A stretch of DNA of 64,000 nucleotides from an uncultured Chloroflexia bacterium (GTDB taxonomy: Bacteria > Chloroflexota > Limnocylindria > Limnocylindrales > CSP1-4), in assembly GCA_963833225.1 (NCBI GenBank), contig CAWHXD010000008.1, positions 608,001-672,000 on the forward strand. Reading direction: 5' to 3'. Numbering within the stretch: the stretch's first letter is position 1; each line of letters starts with the position of its first letter. Under the pieces are notes generated by a model. That model was not told the DNA's origin and ran no database searches. It was given only the letters and a program-made list of their open reading frames with translations. Shown here in pieces: positions 37,722 to 46,616 of the stretch. Both the position numbers and the translations under genes were made by a program.

Positions 37722-38446
37722 TGCCGGGAGCCGCGCACCCGCAGCCTGACCCCGCCCGCCTGCTCGCCCTTGGTCCCCTTCAGGGCGGGCACCGTCTCCT
37801 CGGGCACCGGCCCAGGTTCGCCCCTGCCGGCCTTCTTCGCGCCTCGCGACCCGCTCATCGCCTCCTCCGCACCCCCGGTGCTCGCGAGGCCGATCGTCGG
37901 TCCCGCGGTGACCGGCGGCCCGTAGTAGCTGTCCGTGTTGGGCAGCACCGGCGCGACGACCACCAGGTCCAGCGACGGCTTGAGCTCGCCGCCGAGCGCC
38001 GACCAGATGTCGGCGAGCGACCGCTCCTGGGTCTCGGGCTGGCCGACCTCGAGATAGACGGGCAGGCCGGCCTCGTCGAGGGATCCGCCGAGATCACCCG
38101 GCTTGATCATCGGGTTCTTGAGCATGCACACGAGCAGCGAGGAGAGCAGGCGGTGCTCGTCCTCGGGCCGCTGCGTCCAGGCCGTCACCAGGTAGGCGAG
38201 CCGGAACCGGCGGGCGGGCTGCTTGCGGCCCGCCACCTGGCCGTCGACGCCGCGCATGTCCTCCCAGGTGGGAACCCGTCGCTGGAGGTCCTCGCGGATG
38301 TCGTACAGGTAGAGGTTGACGCAGGGGCCGCTGCGACGGGCCACCCAGTCCTTGGTCGGCGCATCGAACACGAGGTCCACCGACGAGCCGTTGAGGGCAT
38401 CCCGGCGGACCAGCCTCTCGAGGAGCTGGTCGACATCGTGGATCAC
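37718..38446 (-). CDS. DUF4255 (Afp16/Pvc16-like cap protein)
   Basis: IHDVD, FDAPTKDW, NLYLYDIRED, YLVTAW...DEHRLL and WSALGGELKPSLD. Confidence 0.92.
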   Translation of the reverse strand: MIHDVDQLLERLVRRDALNGSSVDLVFDAPTKDWVARRSGPCVNLYLYDIREDLQRRVPTWEDMRGVDGQVAGRKQPARRFRLAYLVTAWTQRPEDEHRLLSSLLVCMLKNPMIKPGDLGGSLDEAGLPVYLEVGQPETQERSLADIWSALGGELKPSLDLVVVAPVLPNTDSYYGPPVTAGPTIGLASTGGAEEAMSGSRGAKKAGRGEPGPVPEETVPALKGTKGEQAGGVRLRVRGSRQ

Positions 38447-38515
38447 GCATGGATCGTCCGCCGCGCGCGCGAGGCACGCCACCCGTCGGCGGGCATGCGA
38501 GCGGGCAGCCCTCGC

Positions 38516-38529
38516 TGCCCCTTCGGGCA
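38516..38529. promoter_or_regulatory. Perfect TGCCC-N4-GGGCA palindrome between the divergent DUF4255 and sheath genes
   Basis: TGCCC-CTTC-GGGCA, with extra GGGCA half-sites at 38491 and 38503. Confidence 0.6.
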
Positions 38530-38634
38530 CGAGCCGCCGCCCTGCCGCGCGCCCGGTCGAACCTTGTCCGGACCCGCCCGGGGTGCGAGCGTCCAAGCGT
38601 CGGGATCCCACCCCACAAACGGGAGAGGCCACGC

Positions 38635-40149
38635 ATGCCGAACTATCTGTCACCCGGCGTCTACGTCGAGGAGGTCGAAGCCGGGTCGCGTCCGATCGAG
38701 GGCGTCGGCACGGCGGTCGCCGCGTTCGTCGGGCTCGCGGCTCGCGGGCCGGCCAACACCCCCACGCTCGTGACGAACTGGAACCAGTTCTCGTCCGTGT
38801 TCGGGGACTTCGTCGAAGGCTCCTACCTGGCGCACGCCGTCTACGGCTACTTCCTCAACGGCGGTGGAGCCGCCTACGTGGTCCGGGTGGGCGCCGATGG
38901 CGTCATGCCCACCGCGTCCGCAGAGCTGCCCAGCGCAGGCGAGAAGGGCAAGCCCGCATTCCGCGTGGCCGCCCTTGAGGCCGGCCCGGCGGGCAACGAC
39001 CTCAGCGTCAGCGTCGAGGCCGCGAGCGAAGGCGCCGAAGGGTCCTTCAAGCTCGTCGTCAAGCAGGGCAGCAAGGTCGTCGAGACCTTTGACAACGTCA
39101 CGGCCGGCAAGGGCAAGACCAGCGTCCAGACCGCCGTCAAGGCACAGTCGAAGACGATCGTCATCGAGGAGACCGGCGGCGCCCTGGCGGTCCCGTCGAC
39201 GGGCTCGGTCAGCCTCGCCGGTGGCGGCGCGGCGGTCCCTGCCCGGGTGACTCCGAGCGACTACGTGGGCAACTCGTCGGACCGGACCGGCTTCGCCGGC
39301 CTGGAGGCCGTGGACGAGGTCACCATGCTGACCGTCCCGGACCTGATGGCCGTGTACGAGCAGGGGATCATCGATCTCGAGGGTCTCCAGGCCGTCCAGC
39401 TGGCGATGATCGCGCACTGCGAGCTGATGGGCGACCGGGTCGCGATCCTGGACGCACCGCCAGGCCTCAACGCCCAGCAGGTCAAGGAGTGGCGGGTCGA
39501 CAAGGCCGGCTATGACTCCAAGTACGCGACGCTGTACTGGCCGTGGGTCAAGGTGTTCGATCCGCCGACGGGCCAGGCGAAGTTCGTGCCGCCCTCCGGC
39601 CACATGGCCGGCATCTGGGCCCGCAACGACGACACCCGAGGCGTCCACAAGGCTCCGGCCAACGAGGTCGTCCGCGGCGCCATCACCCTCGAGCTCAACA
39701 TCACCAAGGCCGAGCATGACCAGCTGAACCCCAACGGGATCAACTGCATCCGCGCCTTCCCGGGTCGAGGGATCCGCGTCTGGGGCGCCCGGACGATCTC
39801 GTCCGACCCGTCCTGGCGCTACCTCAACGTGCGCCGGCTGTTCAACTACATCGAGGAGTCCATCTTCGAGGGCACCCAGTGGGTCGTCTTCGAGCCGAAC
39901 GACATCCGGCTGTGGGGCCGGGTCAAGCGGACGATCAACGCGTTCCTGCTCCGCGTCTGGCGCGACGGCGCGCTGTTCGGAGCGACGCCCGACCAGGCGT
40001 TCTTCGTCAAGTGCGACGAGGAGAACAACCCGCCCGAGGTTCGTGACGCGGGCCAGCTGATCGTCGACATCGGCATCGCCCCGGTGAAGCCGGCCGAGTT
40101 CGTCGTGTTCCGGATCGCCCAGTTCTCGGGCTCGCCGGACAGCGAGTAG
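38635..40149 (+). CDS. Contractile tail sheath protein
   Basis: MPNYLSPGVYVEEV, RGVHKAPANE, GIRVWGART, WRYLNVRRLF and APVKPAEFVVFRI. Confidence 0.97.
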   Translation: MPNYLSPGVYVEEVEAGSRPIEGVGTAVAAFVGLAARGPANTPTLVTNWNQFSSVFGDFVEGSYLAHAVYGYFLNGGGAAYVVRVGADGVMPTASAELPSAGEKGKPAFRVAALEAGPAGNDLSVSVEAASEGAEGSFKLVVKQGSKVVETFDNVTAGKGKTSVQTAVKAQSKTIVIEETGGALAVPSTGSVSLAGGGAAVPARVTPSDYVGNSSDRTGFAGLEAVDEVTMLTVPDLMAVYEQGIIDLEGLQAVQLAMIAHCELMGDRVAILDAPPGLNAQQVKEWRVDKAGYDSKYATLYWPWVKVFDPPTGQAKFVPPSGHMAGIWARNDDTRGVHKAPANEVVRGAITLELNITKAEHDQLNPNGINCIRAFPGRGIRVWGARTISSDPSWRYLNVRRLFNYIEESIFEGTQWVVFEPNDIRLWGRVKRTINAFLLRVWRDGALFGATPDQAFFVKCDEENNPPEVRDAGQLIVDIGIAPVKPAEFVVFRIAQFSGSPDSE

Positions 40150-40187
40150 TTGACCATCCCTGACCACGCGACCTCACGGAGGCACTG

Positions 40188-40622
40188 ATGCCCACAACCG
40201 ATCCCCTTCTGCAAGGAAACGTACTGCTCGACCTCGACGGCGTCGGCGTCGTCGCGAACTTCAGCTCCGTCTCGGGGATCTCGAGCGAGGTGGAGATCGT
40301 CGACAACCCGTACGTCACCGACCAGGGCAAGGTCTACATCGGCAAGCTGCCCGGCAAGCCGAAGACGCCGACCATCACGCTCAAGCGCGGCCTCACCGGT
40401 GCCACGGAGCTATGGGCCTGGCACCTGGCGGTCATGCAGGGCACGCCGGACCGCCGCAACGGCTCGGTGATCATGATGAACACGCTGGGCGAGGAGGTCC
40501 TCCGCTACAACTTCGGCAACGCCATGGTCTCCAAGCTCAGCCTCTCCGAGGGCGGCGCCACGACCAGTGGCGTCCAGATCGAGGAGGCGACCCTCGCCTG
40601 CGAGACCCTCGAGAAGGGCTAG
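40188..40622 (+). CDS. Tail tube protein (T4 gp19-like, Afp1)
   Basis: FSSVSGI, KLPG, ITLKRG, LWAW and RRNGSV. Confidence 0.9.
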   Translation: MPTTDPLLQGNVLLDLDGVGVVANFSSVSGISSEVEIVDNPYVTDQGKVYIGKLPGKPKTPTITLKRGLTGATELWAWHLAVMQGTPDRRNGSVIMMNTLGEEVLRYNFGNAMVSKLSLSEGGATTSGVQIEEATLACETLEKG

Positions 40623-40629
40623 GCCCGTC

Positions 40630-41064
40630 ATGACGGCCGCGGCCTTGCCCGAGATCCCGACCGAGCGTGGGAGCGCGAACGTGTCCGATGCCCTTCGAAC
40701 CGAGTATGCGTTCGTGCTCCCCCGCGGCTTTGTCGACGGGTCCGGGACGGTCCATCGCGAGGGCGTCATGCGCCTCGCCACGGCCCGGGACGAGATCATC
40801 CCCCAGCGGGACCCGCGGGTCCGGGAGAACGAGGCCTACCTGACGGTCCTCCTGCTCTCGCGGGTGGTCACCAAGCTCGGCACGCTGGGCCAGGTCCACA
40901 CGGGCGTGATCGAGGGGCTGTTCGCCTCGGACCTCGCGTTCCTGCAGGACCTCTACCGGCGAATCAATGCCGAGGGTCACACCCAGGCATCCGTGACCTG
41001 CCCGGCGTGCAACCACGGCTTCACCGTCGACGTGGCGGGTGAGCAGCGCCTGGGGGAATCGTGA
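40630..41064 (+). CDS. CIS hypothetical protein, putative tail assembly chaperone
   Basis: TEYAFVLPRGFVD..G.VHREGVMRLATARDE, LF..DL.FLQDLYRRIN and CPAC; follows the tube gene. Confidence 0.85.
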   Translation: MTAAALPEIPTERGSANVSDALRTEYAFVLPRGFVDGSGTVHREGVMRLATARDEIIPQRDPRVRENEAYLTVLLLSRVVTKLGTLGQVHTGVIEGLFASDLAFLQDLYRRINAEGHTQASVTCPACNHGFTVDVAGEQRLGES

Positions 41065-41219
41065 CGTACGCGACCGACCGCCTGTTCGAAGAGGTCGCGT
41101 ACGTCGCCTACCACTTCCACTGGCCGATGGACACGATCCTCGACCTTGAGCACCCCCTGAGGCTGCGCTTCGTCGAGGAGATCGGCCGGATCAACAAGCG
41201 CCTGTCCGAGGAGGAGTGA
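41061..41219 (+). CDS. DUF6760-like 52-aa protein (GpE'-like; not in the ORF track)
   Basis: Manual translation MTYATDRLFEEVAYVAYHFHWPMDTILDLEHPLRLRFVEEIGRINKRLSEEE; overlaps both neighbours by GTGA. Confidence 0.85.
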   Translation: MTYATDRLFEEVAYVAYHFHWPMDTILDLEHPLRLRFVEEIGRINKRLSEEE

Positions 41220-43234
41220 CCCCCGTGCGCCTGCCCTGGCCGTTCGGCCGCAGGACGCCGTTGGATGGGCCCTCCCCGGCCGCACCGGAGGGGGCCACGC
41301 CGTCGGCCCCATCCACGCCTACCACCGCGACCGCGCCTCCGACCGGCGCGTGGACGTCCCTGCCCCCGATCCAGCGAACCGTGGGTGACGCCCCGCTCGT
41401 CGCGCCCAGCGCCCCGTTCCTGGACGAGGTGCCCGGACACCGGCCGCTCCCGCCGATCGTCCAGCCGCTCGGCCACGAGGCCGGCCCCAGCGCACCTCCG
41501 GGGCTCGTGCTCGCGAAGCCGACGGCCGTGCCCGCCCTGACCTCGCACGCACCGATGCCCGTCCAGCGCCGCGCCGCCGCAGCATCTCCGGCGGTGCCCG
41601 AGACCTGGTCGGAGCCGGAGCCCGTGGCCGAGGCGGCCGAGCCGGTGCGCCACCTGCGGACCGTGACACCCGCCGCGACCGTCGCGCCGTCCCCGCGACC
41701 GTTGACCCAGGCACCGACGGTCACGACGCCGATGGCGCAGCGATCGAGCGCGCCCGGTTCGCGTCCCGATTCACCGGCAGTCACGCCACGCTCACCGGGA
41801 GATCCCGGCACCGGCCTGCCAGCCGGCCTCCCGGCGCCTCGCGGGGCGGTTCCCGGGCGCGCCGGCCGCTGGGCGGAGCATGCCGTGGCCGGGGCCGCGG
41901 CAGCCGGCCTGGGGGCGCCACTGGCCCCAATCCCCTCCGCGGCCGCGGCCCCCACGCCGGCCGGCACGCCGTCATCTCCGCCGCGACCCGGCGCGTCCGC
42001 GCCGGGTCCGGCTGCCTCGGCCCCCCGGGGTGTCTCGGCGCCTGGCGCGGATCCCGCGGCACCGGCGCCCGCCGTCCAGCGCCGCGCCGGTCTCGGGGAT
42101 CCCATGACCACGGCCCCGGCGACCTCGGTCAGCCGGCGACCCGCGATGTCCCTGGCGCCGGCCCGGCGCGGGCTGCCGTCCGCGGCGGCCGGGGCACCGG
42201 AAGCTGCGCCCTATCCGTCCGGGCCCTCGTCAGCGGCGGCAACGGCCGAAGCACCCGCCGCTCGGCCACTGCCAGTGCTTCCCGTCTCGAGGCGGGCGGG
42301 CGCACCGGCGACGGCCGGCGACGCGCGGCACGAGCCCGCGACGTCGTCACGCTCCGCGGTTGCGCACCCGGGGGGCGCGGCTCACAGCACGACCCCGGAC
42401 TCGTCCCGTCACGCGGAGAGGGTCCCAACCGGGTCGCCGTCACGATCACCAATGCCGCACTCGGTCCGCCCCACGCTCGGCGCTCGCCCGCTCCGGCCCA
42501 GCGTCTCCGTCCAGCGCGAGGCTCCCGATGGCACGGCCGGCGGCCCCGCCGAGACCATGACGCCCTCGCCGGTCGCGGCGCGTTGGCCGTCGCGGGTGGA
42601 TCTCCCGGCCACCGTCGACGCCCTGCCGCCGGTCTGGCCGGCAGACGACGCCGTCCCGCTCCAGCGATTGGCATCACCGGATCACTCCCCCGCCCCGGTA
42701 TTCCAGCCGGGCCAGCCCGGCATGCGCGAGATCGTGTTCCCATCCCCCGGCGTCGCGGCGCCGGTGATCGCGGATCCAGCGGGCGGCCCGGCTCGACACG
42801 CCGTGCCGCAGCGGTCGACGGCACCGGCCGTGCGCCCGACGACCTGGCAGCCCGCGCGCCGGGCCTCCGAGCCCTCGCTCAACCTGGCGCGCGCCAGCGC
42901 GCCGGCGGCCGCCCCCATCACCCCACCGGCGTCATCCTCCCCGGGGGCACCGGTGCAGCGGTTCGTCGCCGCGCCCCCCTCGAGCGCGGGGGCTGCCACG
43001 GTGCAGACCACGCGGCCCGGCCCCTCGACCGTGCCCGATATCTCCGTCACGCCCGTGATCCAGCGCATCGACGGGTCCGCTCCGACACCCCAGACCGGCC
43101 GCCCGGGAGGCGCCCGATCCGACAGGGAGCTCGACGAGCTGGCCCAGGCGCTGTTCGGCCGACTCAGAACCCGCCTCCGGACGGAGGTCATCCAGGAGCG
43201 CGAGGCCCGCGGCCTCGGCTTCGACGCCTTCTAG
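41216..43234 (+). CDS. Pro/Ala-rich low-complexity CIS protein with repeated xQR motifs
   Basis: About 9 xQR motifs (IQR, VQR, AQR, LQR, PQR); helical C-terminus ELDELAQALFGRLRTRLRTEVIQERE. Confidence 0.75.
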   Translation: MTPVRLPWPFGRRTPLDGPSPAAPEGATPSAPSTPTTATAPPTGAWTSLPPIQRTVGDAPLVAPSAPFLDEVPGHRPLPPIVQPLGHEAGPSAPPGLVLAKPTAVPALTSHAPMPVQRRAAAASPAVPETWSEPEPVAEAAEPVRHLRTVTPAATVAPSPRPLTQAPTVTTPMAQRSSAPGSRPDSPAVTPRSPGDPGTGLPAGLPAPRGAVPGRAGRWAEHAVAGAAAAGLGAPLAPIPSAAAAPTPAGTPSSPPRPGASAPGPAASAPRGVSAPGADPAAPAPAVQRRAGLGDPMTTAPATSVSRRPAMSLAPARRGLPSAAAGAPEAAPYPSGPSSAAATAEAPAARPLPVLPVSRRAGAPATAGDARHEPATSSRSAVAHPGGAAHSTTPDSSRHAERVPTGSPSRSPMPHSVRPTLGARPLRPSVSVQREAPDGTAGGPAETMTPSPVAARWPSRVDLPATVDALPPVWPADDAVPLQRLASPDHSPAPVFQPGQPGMREIVFPSPGVAAPVIADPAGGPARHAVPQRSTAPAVRPTTWQPARRASEPSLNLARASAPAAAPITPPASSSPGAPVQRFVAAPPSSAGAATVQTTRPGPSTVPDISVTPVIQRIDGSAPTPQTGRPGGARSDRELDELAQALFGRLRTRLRTEVIQEREARGLGFDAF

Positions 43235-43246
43235 CAAGGAGCACCA

Positions 43247-43744
43247 ATGGGCGATCCCGCCATCAGCGTGTTCTACAACGTCACGATTGACGGCTTCATC
43301 CCGCTCGGCTTCTGGAGCAAGGTCGAGGGGCTCGCGATGGAGTACGAGGTCTACGAGTACCGCGAGGGCGGTGTCAACGGCTACATGCACAAGCTGGTGG
43401 GCCCGGCAAAGTTCACCAACCTGCGGCTGTCGCGACCGGTGGACACGACCTCCCCGGCCCTCATGATGTGGCTCCAGAGCAACCAGATGATGGTGATCCC
43501 GCAGACGATGGCCATCACCGCGATGACATCGGGCGGTGACGCGATCACCACCTGGAACCTGGTCGGAGCGGTCCCGGTCAAGTGGACGGGTCCGTCGCTC
43601 GACATCATGAGCAACAACCTCGCCACCGAGACGCTCGAGGTCGCGTACCAGGAGATCAGCCTCATCGGTGGCCTGGCCAGCGCGCTCGCCGGTGCGGTCA
43701 CCGGGGCCATCTCCGGCTCCGTCTCCGCGAGCATCTCGTTCTGA
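43247..43744 (+). CDS. Second tail tube protein (Afp5-like)
   Basis: GL.ME.EVYEYREGG.N, LSRP, PVKWTGP and ETLEVAY; AAGGAG RBS. Confidence 0.92.
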   Translation: MGDPAISVFYNVTIDGFIPLGFWSKVEGLAMEYEVYEYREGGVNGYMHKLVGPAKFTNLRLSRPVDTTSPALMMWLQSNQMMVIPQTMAITAMTSGGDAITTWNLVGAVPVKWTGPSLDIMSNNLATETLEVAYQEISLIGGLASALAGAVTGAISGSVSASISF

Positions 43745-43754
43745 GGGCGGCGCG

Positions 43755-44498
43755 ATGGTGATGGCCGCCGCGGGTGCCGCGGCAAGCTTCGTCGGCGATG
43801 CCCTGGGGTTCATGAAGCCCACCAAGGCCAAGCTCGTGTGCAAGGACGACAACCTGCCCGACGGTTACGCGCCGCTCGAGGTGATGTTCAACCCGACCGA
43901 GTACACGCTCAAGACGGCCGCCAAGGTCACCCGGACCGACAGCCCGGCGACCCCCGGCGGCACCGCGCAGTTCGCAGGGACCGATGCGATCACGCTGAGC
44001 ATGACGCTGTTCCTGGACGCGTACTCGGAGCCCGAGGGGGACGTCACGCCCAAGGTCAGCACCCTGCTGGGCTGGACCTATCCCACGAAGGCGACGGTCG
44101 GCGACGGACCGACGGCCCACCCCATGCCGCCGCAGGTCGGGCTGGAATGGGGCAACAAGCAGCTCGAGACCTTCTACGGCTACATCACCAACCTCTCGGT
44201 CAGGTACACCGTGTTCCGCATGGATGGCACGCCGGTCCGGGCCACGGTCGAGCTGTCGATCGTGGGCCAGAGCGAGAAGCTCGCCCGCACGAACCCGACC
44301 TCGCACGCGATCGACAGCCGGCGCGTCCGGACCCTGACCGACGGGGACACGCTCCAGTCGATTGCGCACCGAGAGCTTGGCAAGGCGGCCGCCTGGCGGG
44401 CGATCGCCGAGCTCAACGGCATCGACGACCCGCAGCGGGTCGAGGCGGGCTCATCGGTCCTCATCCCCACTCGCGCCGATGCCGCCCGGTACCGCTGA
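43755..44498 (+). CDS. CIS tube initiator / LysM protein (Afp7-like)
   Basis: FNPTEY, F..DGTPVRA, NPTS and LysM GDTLQSIAHRELG...WRAIAELNGIDDP. Confidence 0.92.
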   Translation: MVMAAAGAAASFVGDALGFMKPTKAKLVCKDDNLPDGYAPLEVMFNPTEYTLKTAAKVTRTDSPATPGGTAQFAGTDAITLSMTLFLDAYSEPEGDVTPKVSTLLGWTYPTKATVGDGPTAHPMPPQVGLEWGNKQLETFYGYITNLSVRYTVFRMDGTPVRATVELSIVGQSEKLARTNPTSHAIDSRRVRTLTDGDTLQSIAHRELGKAAAWRAIAELNGIDDPQRVEAGSSVLIPTRADAARYR

Positions 44499-46183
44499 TG
44501 ACCATCGCCCAGTCCGCCCCCACCGCCGCCGTCGTCACGATCGACGGCTCAGACCTCGACGACGCGGTCGCGGGGCATCTCTCGGGTGTCATCGTGGTTG
44601 ACCGGCTGAGCGCGCCGGACATGTTCGCGCTCGTGTTCGACGACCCCGCCCGGACGGTGCTCACGGATGCCGGGCTCGAGATCGGGAAGATCATCGAGAT
44701 CTCCACCAGCTCCAGGCAGAGCTCGGAGCTCGTCTCGCTGATCAAGGGCGAGGTCACGTCGGTCGAGACCGAGTACGACGCGCTCGGCGCGCGGGCGGTC
44801 GTGCGCGGGTACGACAAGTCGCATCGCCTGGCTGCGGGTCGCAAGACGGCGACCTTCCAGGGCGTGACCTACTCGGACATCGCGAGCCAGATCGCATCCG
44901 ACACCGGGCTGCAGGCCGACCTGGACGCCACGGAAGGCGTGTTCGACCACGTGTTCCAGGTCAACCAGTCCAACCTCGACTTCCTGTACGGCCTCGCCCG
45001 GCTTGCCAACCGTGACTTCCGGGTGGAGGGGGACACGCTGCTGTTCAAGCGGCCCGTGGCGTCCGCCGAGGGGCCCGGCCAGGGCGACGCCGAGACCGCG
45101 ACGCCCGACCAGCTCGTGTGCGGCGAGAACCTGGTGGAGTTCCGGGCCCGGATGAGTGCCGTCGGCCAGGTTGCCAAGGTGCAGGTCCGCGGGTGGGATC
45201 CGGGCGAGAAGAAGGCGGTGGTGGGCGAGAAGGACGCCGTCGCGACCAATGCCGAGGTCCAGCTCACGGCGGCCCAGCTCGCCGACAAGGTCGGCGGCCA
45301 GACGCTGGTGGTCGTGGACCACGGCGTCGAGGAGCAGGAGGCGGCGGAACGGCTGGCCCAGGCTCGCGCGGAGCAGGTCGGCAGCGCGGCGTTCGAGGCC
45401 ACGGGCGTCGCGGTGGGCGACCCGGCTCTCAAGGCCGGCGTGGCCGTCAGCGTCTCCGGGGTGGATCCCAGCCTGTGCGGCAAGTGGGTCATCTCGGGCT
45501 CACGGCACGAGATCGTGAACGGCGTCTACCGGACGACCCTCGACTTCGCGGGGCGCCAGGACCGGACCCTGTTCGGGCTGCTCAACCAGGGCAGCGCGGG
45601 TGGCGGTGGCGGGGGCGGGGCGAGCGAGCGCGTTCCCGGCGTCGTGACCGCCCTGGTGGATGACAACGCCGACCCCGAGCAGCTCGGGCGGGTGCGCCTC
45701 AAGTACCCCTGGCTGGGCGACGACGCGGTGTCCTGGTGGGCTCGCGTCGCGGCGCCCGGCGCGGGCCCCGACTACGGGATGGTCTGGCTGCCCCAGGTCG
45801 GCGACGAGGTCCTGGTGGCCTTCGAGCACGGCGACACGAGCCGGCCGATCGTCGTCGGGGGCCTGTGGAACGGGACGGATGCCATCCCGTTCAACTACGA
45901 CGACATGGACAGCGGCAAGGTCACCTACTGCGGCTGGACCTCGCGGACGGGCCACAAGATCAGCATCTGGGAGAGCCAGGGCGACGCCTCGATCCAGCTG
46001 CTGACCGCGAATGGCGAGGTCAACATCGTCCTCGACGACAAGAACAAGGAGCTCAAGGTCGAGACGACCGGAACAATCACGTTCGACGCGCAGGGTGACG
46101 TCTCGATCAAGGCCGGTGGCTCGATGACCCTCGAGGCGTCCGGCCAGATGACCGTCAAGGGCTCCACCGTGGCGCTCAACTAG
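44498..46183 (+). CDS. VgrG-like spike (gp27/gp5 fusion, Afp8)
   Basis: RGYD.SHRL, QSNLDFL, VRGWDP, DPEQLGRVRLKYPWL, LPQVGDEVLVAFEHGD and short beta-helix ending VALN. Confidence 0.95.
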   Translation: MTIAQSAPTAAVVTIDGSDLDDAVAGHLSGVIVVDRLSAPDMFALVFDDPARTVLTDAGLEIGKIIEISTSSRQSSELVSLIKGEVTSVETEYDALGARAVVRGYDKSHRLAAGRKTATFQGVTYSDIASQIASDTGLQADLDATEGVFDHVFQVNQSNLDFLYGLARLANRDFRVEGDTLLFKRPVASAEGPGQGDAETATPDQLVCGENLVEFRARMSAVGQVAKVQVRGWDPGEKKAVVGEKDAVATNAEVQLTAAQLADKVGGQTLVVVDHGVEEQEAAERLAQARAEQVGSAAFEATGVAVGDPALKAGVAVSVSGVDPSLCGKWVISGSRHEIVNGVYRTTLDFAGRQDRTLFGLLNQGSAGGGGGGGASERVPGVVTALVDDNADPEQLGRVRLKYPWLGDDAVSWWARVAAPGAGPDYGMVWLPQVGDEVLVAFEHGDTSRPIVVGGLWNGTDAIPFNYDDMDSGKVTYCGWTSRTGHKISIWESQGDASIQLLTANGEVNIVLDDKNKELKVETTGTITFDAQGDVSIKAGGSMTLEASGQMTVKGSTVALN

Positions 46184-46209
46184 GGGATGCGGGAGATGAG
46201 GAGGGCCAC

Positions 46210-46614
46210 GTGAGCGTCAACGAGGAGTTCATCGGGCGCGGCTGGGCGTTCCCACTGCGCGTGGACGCGACCGGCAGCATCGCCCTGGTCGGGCGCGAGC
46301 AGGAGATCGAGGAATCGATCCGCCTGATCCTGGGCACGTCGCCGGGCGAGCGACCGATGCGCCCCGAGTTCGGGTGCCGGATCCACGAGTACCTGTTCTC
46401 GTCGGCCGACTCCGAGACCGCGGGTGCCATCGGGCGTGAGGTCCGCAGCGCGCTCCAGCGCTGGGAACCGCGGATTGACGTGGCCGACGTCAACGTGACC
46501 TTCGACGCTCGCGAGGCAACCCTGCTCTACATCAACGTCGGTTACACCATCAAGTCGTCCAACGACCGCCGGAACCTCGTGTTCCCCTTCTACGTGATCC
46601 CGGGAGGAGACTGA
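46210..46614 (+). CDS. GpW/gp25 baseplate protein (Afp9)
   Basis: GWAFP, ILGTSPGERPMRPEFGC, WEPRI and NLVFPFY. Confidence 0.95.
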   Translation: MSVNEEFIGRGWAFPLRVDATGSIALVGREQEIEESIRLILGTSPGERPMRPEFGCRIHEYLFSSADSETAGAIGREVRSALQRWEPRIDVADVNVTFDAREATLLYINVGYTIKSSNDRRNLVFPFYVIPGGD

Positions 46615-46616
46615 CC

